Source: an uncultured Acidobacteriota bacterium (lineage in GTDB: Bacteria > Acidobacteriota > UBA6911). From it: DNA of 64,000 nucleotides. Location: NCBI GenBank assembly GCA_963827655.1, contig CAWHCF010000034.1, positions 32,001 through 96,000 on the forward strand, written 5' to 3'. The position numbers were made by a program, and so were the translations under genes. Each line of letters opens with the position of its first letter. The first letter of the stretch is position 1. The notes below the pieces were generated by a model. That model searched no databases. It was not told where the DNA came from and saw nothing but the letters and a program-made list of their open reading frames with translations. Below are positions 61,882 to 64,000 of the stretch, piece after piece.

Positions 61882-64000
61882 ATGACGTTGTCCTCTGGAA
61901 CTCGTTTGGGGCCGTACGAAATCTTCTCCGCCATCGCTGCCGGCGGCATGGGCGAAGTGTATCGAGCGCGTGATCTGCGGCTCGGGCGCGACGTGGCGAT
62001 CAAGGCGCTGCCCGCTCTCTCTGTTGCTGATTCGGAGCATGTTGCCCGTTTTCGGCGCGAGGCGCAGATCCTCGCCGCCCTAAACCATCCCCACATCGCC
62101 GCCATCTACGGGCTCGAAGAGGTGAACGGCTCTCAGTTCCTCGTCCTCGAGCTGGTCGAAGGGGACACTCTCGCCCAGCGGCTGAAGGAGGGACCGCTTC
62201 CGCTGTCCGAGGCCTTGACGATCGCGCGCCAGGTGGCCGACGCGCTGGAAGCCGCGCACGAGAAAGGGATCATCCACCGCGATCTGAAGCCGGCCAACAT
62301 CGCTCTGACGACCGACGGCCGCGTGAAGGTCCTCGATTTCGGCCTCGCCAAGGCGCTCGACTCCGATCCGTCGAAAGACCTCTCCAATTCACCCACGGTG
62401 ACCTGGGCCGCGACTCGGGCCGGGGTCATTCTTGGCACGGCTGCCTACATGAGTCCGGAGCAGGCACGAGGGAAGCCCGTCGATAAGCGTACTGACATCT
62501 GGGCCTTCGGCTGTGTCCAGTATGAGATGCTGACGGGCCGGCGCCCGTTCGTTGGACAGACGATCTCCGACACAATCGCCGCGATCCTGGGACAGGAGCC
62601 TGACTGGCCCGCGCTGCCCACGGCGACTCCCGCGCGCGTGCAGTGGCTGATACGCCGATGTCTTGAGAAAGATCCGAAGCGCCGGCTCCACGACATCGCC
62701 GACGCACGGATCGAGCTCGACGAAACGCTGAATCACCCCCCCGAATCCGATCAGGTGGTACTAGCGGGTCTGTCCGCCCCCGTCTCGCGTGGCAGGATGC
62801 GGGAGCGGATCGCCTGGACCATTGCAGGCGTGTGCCTGACCGCGTTGATCGTCGCCTTGGCTTTCGACTGGGCCGGCATTCTCGGTCGGAACGCGGTGGA
62901 CACCCGCCTTTATCAGTCGTCGATTGTTCTTCCCGAGGGTCTACGCCTGGCACGCCATCCGGCGGGACGCTTTGCGCTGTCGCCCGACGGCCGTCGCCTC
63001 GCATTCGTGGCGTCGGATGGCACCGGACAACCGAGGCTGTGGCTGCGTCCGCTGACCATGCTCTACGCCCAGCCGCTCTTGGGAACCGAAGGCGCGGAGT
63101 TCCCATTCTGGTCGCCCGACTCCCGCTTCATCGCGTTCCGGGCGCAAGGGAAGCTGAAGAGGGTCGAGGTCGCCGGCGGCTCGCCCGTCACGTTGTGCAA
63201 CGCGGCCTTTGGCGCCACCGGCGCCTGGAGCCCGGACGACGTTATTCTCTTCACCCCCAAGGGGGAGTCTCCTCTCTATCGTGTGTCGGCGTCAGGCGGC
63301 ACGCCATCCCCCGTCACCACGCTCGACGCGTCGAGCGGGGATTCCCAGCACTCGTACCCCGTCTTCCTCCCCGACGGCAGGCACTTTCTCTATCTCGCGC
63401 TGGGGAGCAAGACAGAGGGTGCTCTCGCCCCGCACGCCGTGTATGTAGGCTCACTAGATCCACAGGAGCCGCGCAAGCTCCTGTTGAGGGGTGGCTCCAA
63501 CGCGAAGTACGCGCAGGGCTATTTGATTTTTCTGCGCGAGAGCACGCTCATGGCGCAGGCGCTTGACCTGAGCCGCCTGGAGCTACGCGGCGAGGCGGTG
63601 CCAGTTGCTGAAAAGACGCAGATTTTCAAAGAAAGTGTGAGCGACGTGACCGGCGCCTTCACCGTATCGGAGACCGGAGTGCTCGCATATCAGGCAGGTC
63701 TGGGTATGGTCTCGGCCGAGCTCGTCTGGTTCGACCGCGCAGGAAAGCAAATCGCCGTGCTTGGAGACCGGGCTGACTACGGAGACGTCTCGCTGTCGCC
63801 CGATAATGCTCGGGCGGCGGTCAGTCTCCTTGATCCGGAGCGGGGGACTCGCGACGTGTGGCTCTACGATGTGGCGCGCGGCCTCCGCCAGCGCTTCACG
63901 TTCGATCCCGGGGACGAGTTCGGGCCGAGTTGGTCGCCTGACGGCGACCTCCTCGTCTTCAGTGCGCGGCGAAAGGCGAGCATCGATCTGTATCAGAAAG
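61882..64000 (+). CDS. Hanks-type Ser/Thr protein kinase + TM + TolB/PD40 beta-propeller; runs off the window
   Basis: MTLSSGTRLGPYEI, AGGMGEVY, VAIK, HRDLKPAN, DFGLAK, GTAAYMSPEQ, DIWAFG; SPDG repeats; open to the end, so absent from the ORF track. Confidence 0.93.
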   Translation, partial: MTLSSGTRLGPYEIFSAIAAGGMGEVYRARDLRLGRDVAIKALPALSVADSEHVARFRREAQILAALNHPHIAAIYGLEEVNGSQFLVLELVEGDTLAQRLKEGPLPLSEALTIARQVADALEAAHEKGIIHRDLKPANIALTTDGRVKVLDFGLAKALDSDPSKDLSNSPTVTWAATRAGVILGTAAYMSPEQARGKPVDKRTDIWAFGCVQYEMLTGRRPFVGQTISDTIAAILGQEPDWPALPTATPARVQWLIRRCLEKDPKRRLHDIADARIELDETLNHPPESDQVVLAGLSAPVSRGRMRERIAWTIAGVCLTALIVALAFDWAGILGRNAVDTRLYQSSIVLPEGLRLARHPAGRFALSPDGRRLAFVASDGTGQPRLWLRPLTMLYAQPLLGTEGAEFPFWSPDSRFIAFRAQGKLKRVEVAGGSPVTLCNAAFGATGAWSPDDVILFTPKGESPLYRVSASGGTPSPVTTLDASSGDSQHSYPVFLPDGRHFLYLALGSKTEGALAPHAVYVGSLDPQEPRKLLLRGGSNAKYAQGYLIFLRESTLMAQALDLSRLELRGEAVPVAEKTQIFKESVSDVTGAFTVSETGVLAYQAGLGMVSAELVWFDRAGKQIAVLGDRADYGDVSLSPDNARAAVSLLDPERGTRDVWLYDVARGLRQRFTFDPGDEFGPSWSPDGDLLVFSARRKASIDLYQK

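Overview
GC-rich bacterial chromosomal segment; gene content and order are most consistent with Acidobacteriota (inference). About 1-9.4 kb is accessory: a catalytically degenerate amidohydrolase, two XRE-HTH regulators, a B12-binding radical SAM enzyme, an RRM protein, a CPAF-like S41 protease and CspA, ending at tRNA-Pro(TGG). The core block holds hsp20-lon, rph-rdgB, rhomboid-glpK, a patatin-POTRA-Omp85 protein, the dcw cluster (mraZ to ftsZ), ychF, rplU-rpmA-obgE-nadD-rsfS-rlmH-dksA-comF, queA, folE, sppA, atpF'FHAGDC and a TPR protein. tRNA-Gln(CTG) is followed by a decayed integration junction (integrase C-terminal remnant, IS1-like pseudogene) and a Ser/Thr kinase that runs off the window. 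Most of the novelty is non-coding: (i) a ~200-nt multi-helix, possibly pseudoknotted RNA divergent from tRNA-Gln; (ii) four families of intergenic repeats (inverted heptamer arrays inside housekeeping operons, inverted nonamer arrays, a 232-bp MITE, and an ~80-bp repeat whose hairpin loop is inverted between copies); (iii) phased 11-bp operator arrays linking a membrane-anchored XRE protein to the radical SAM gene. Frameshifts in ftsZ, murD, glpK and others are most likely sequencing indels. No searches or folding programs were run.
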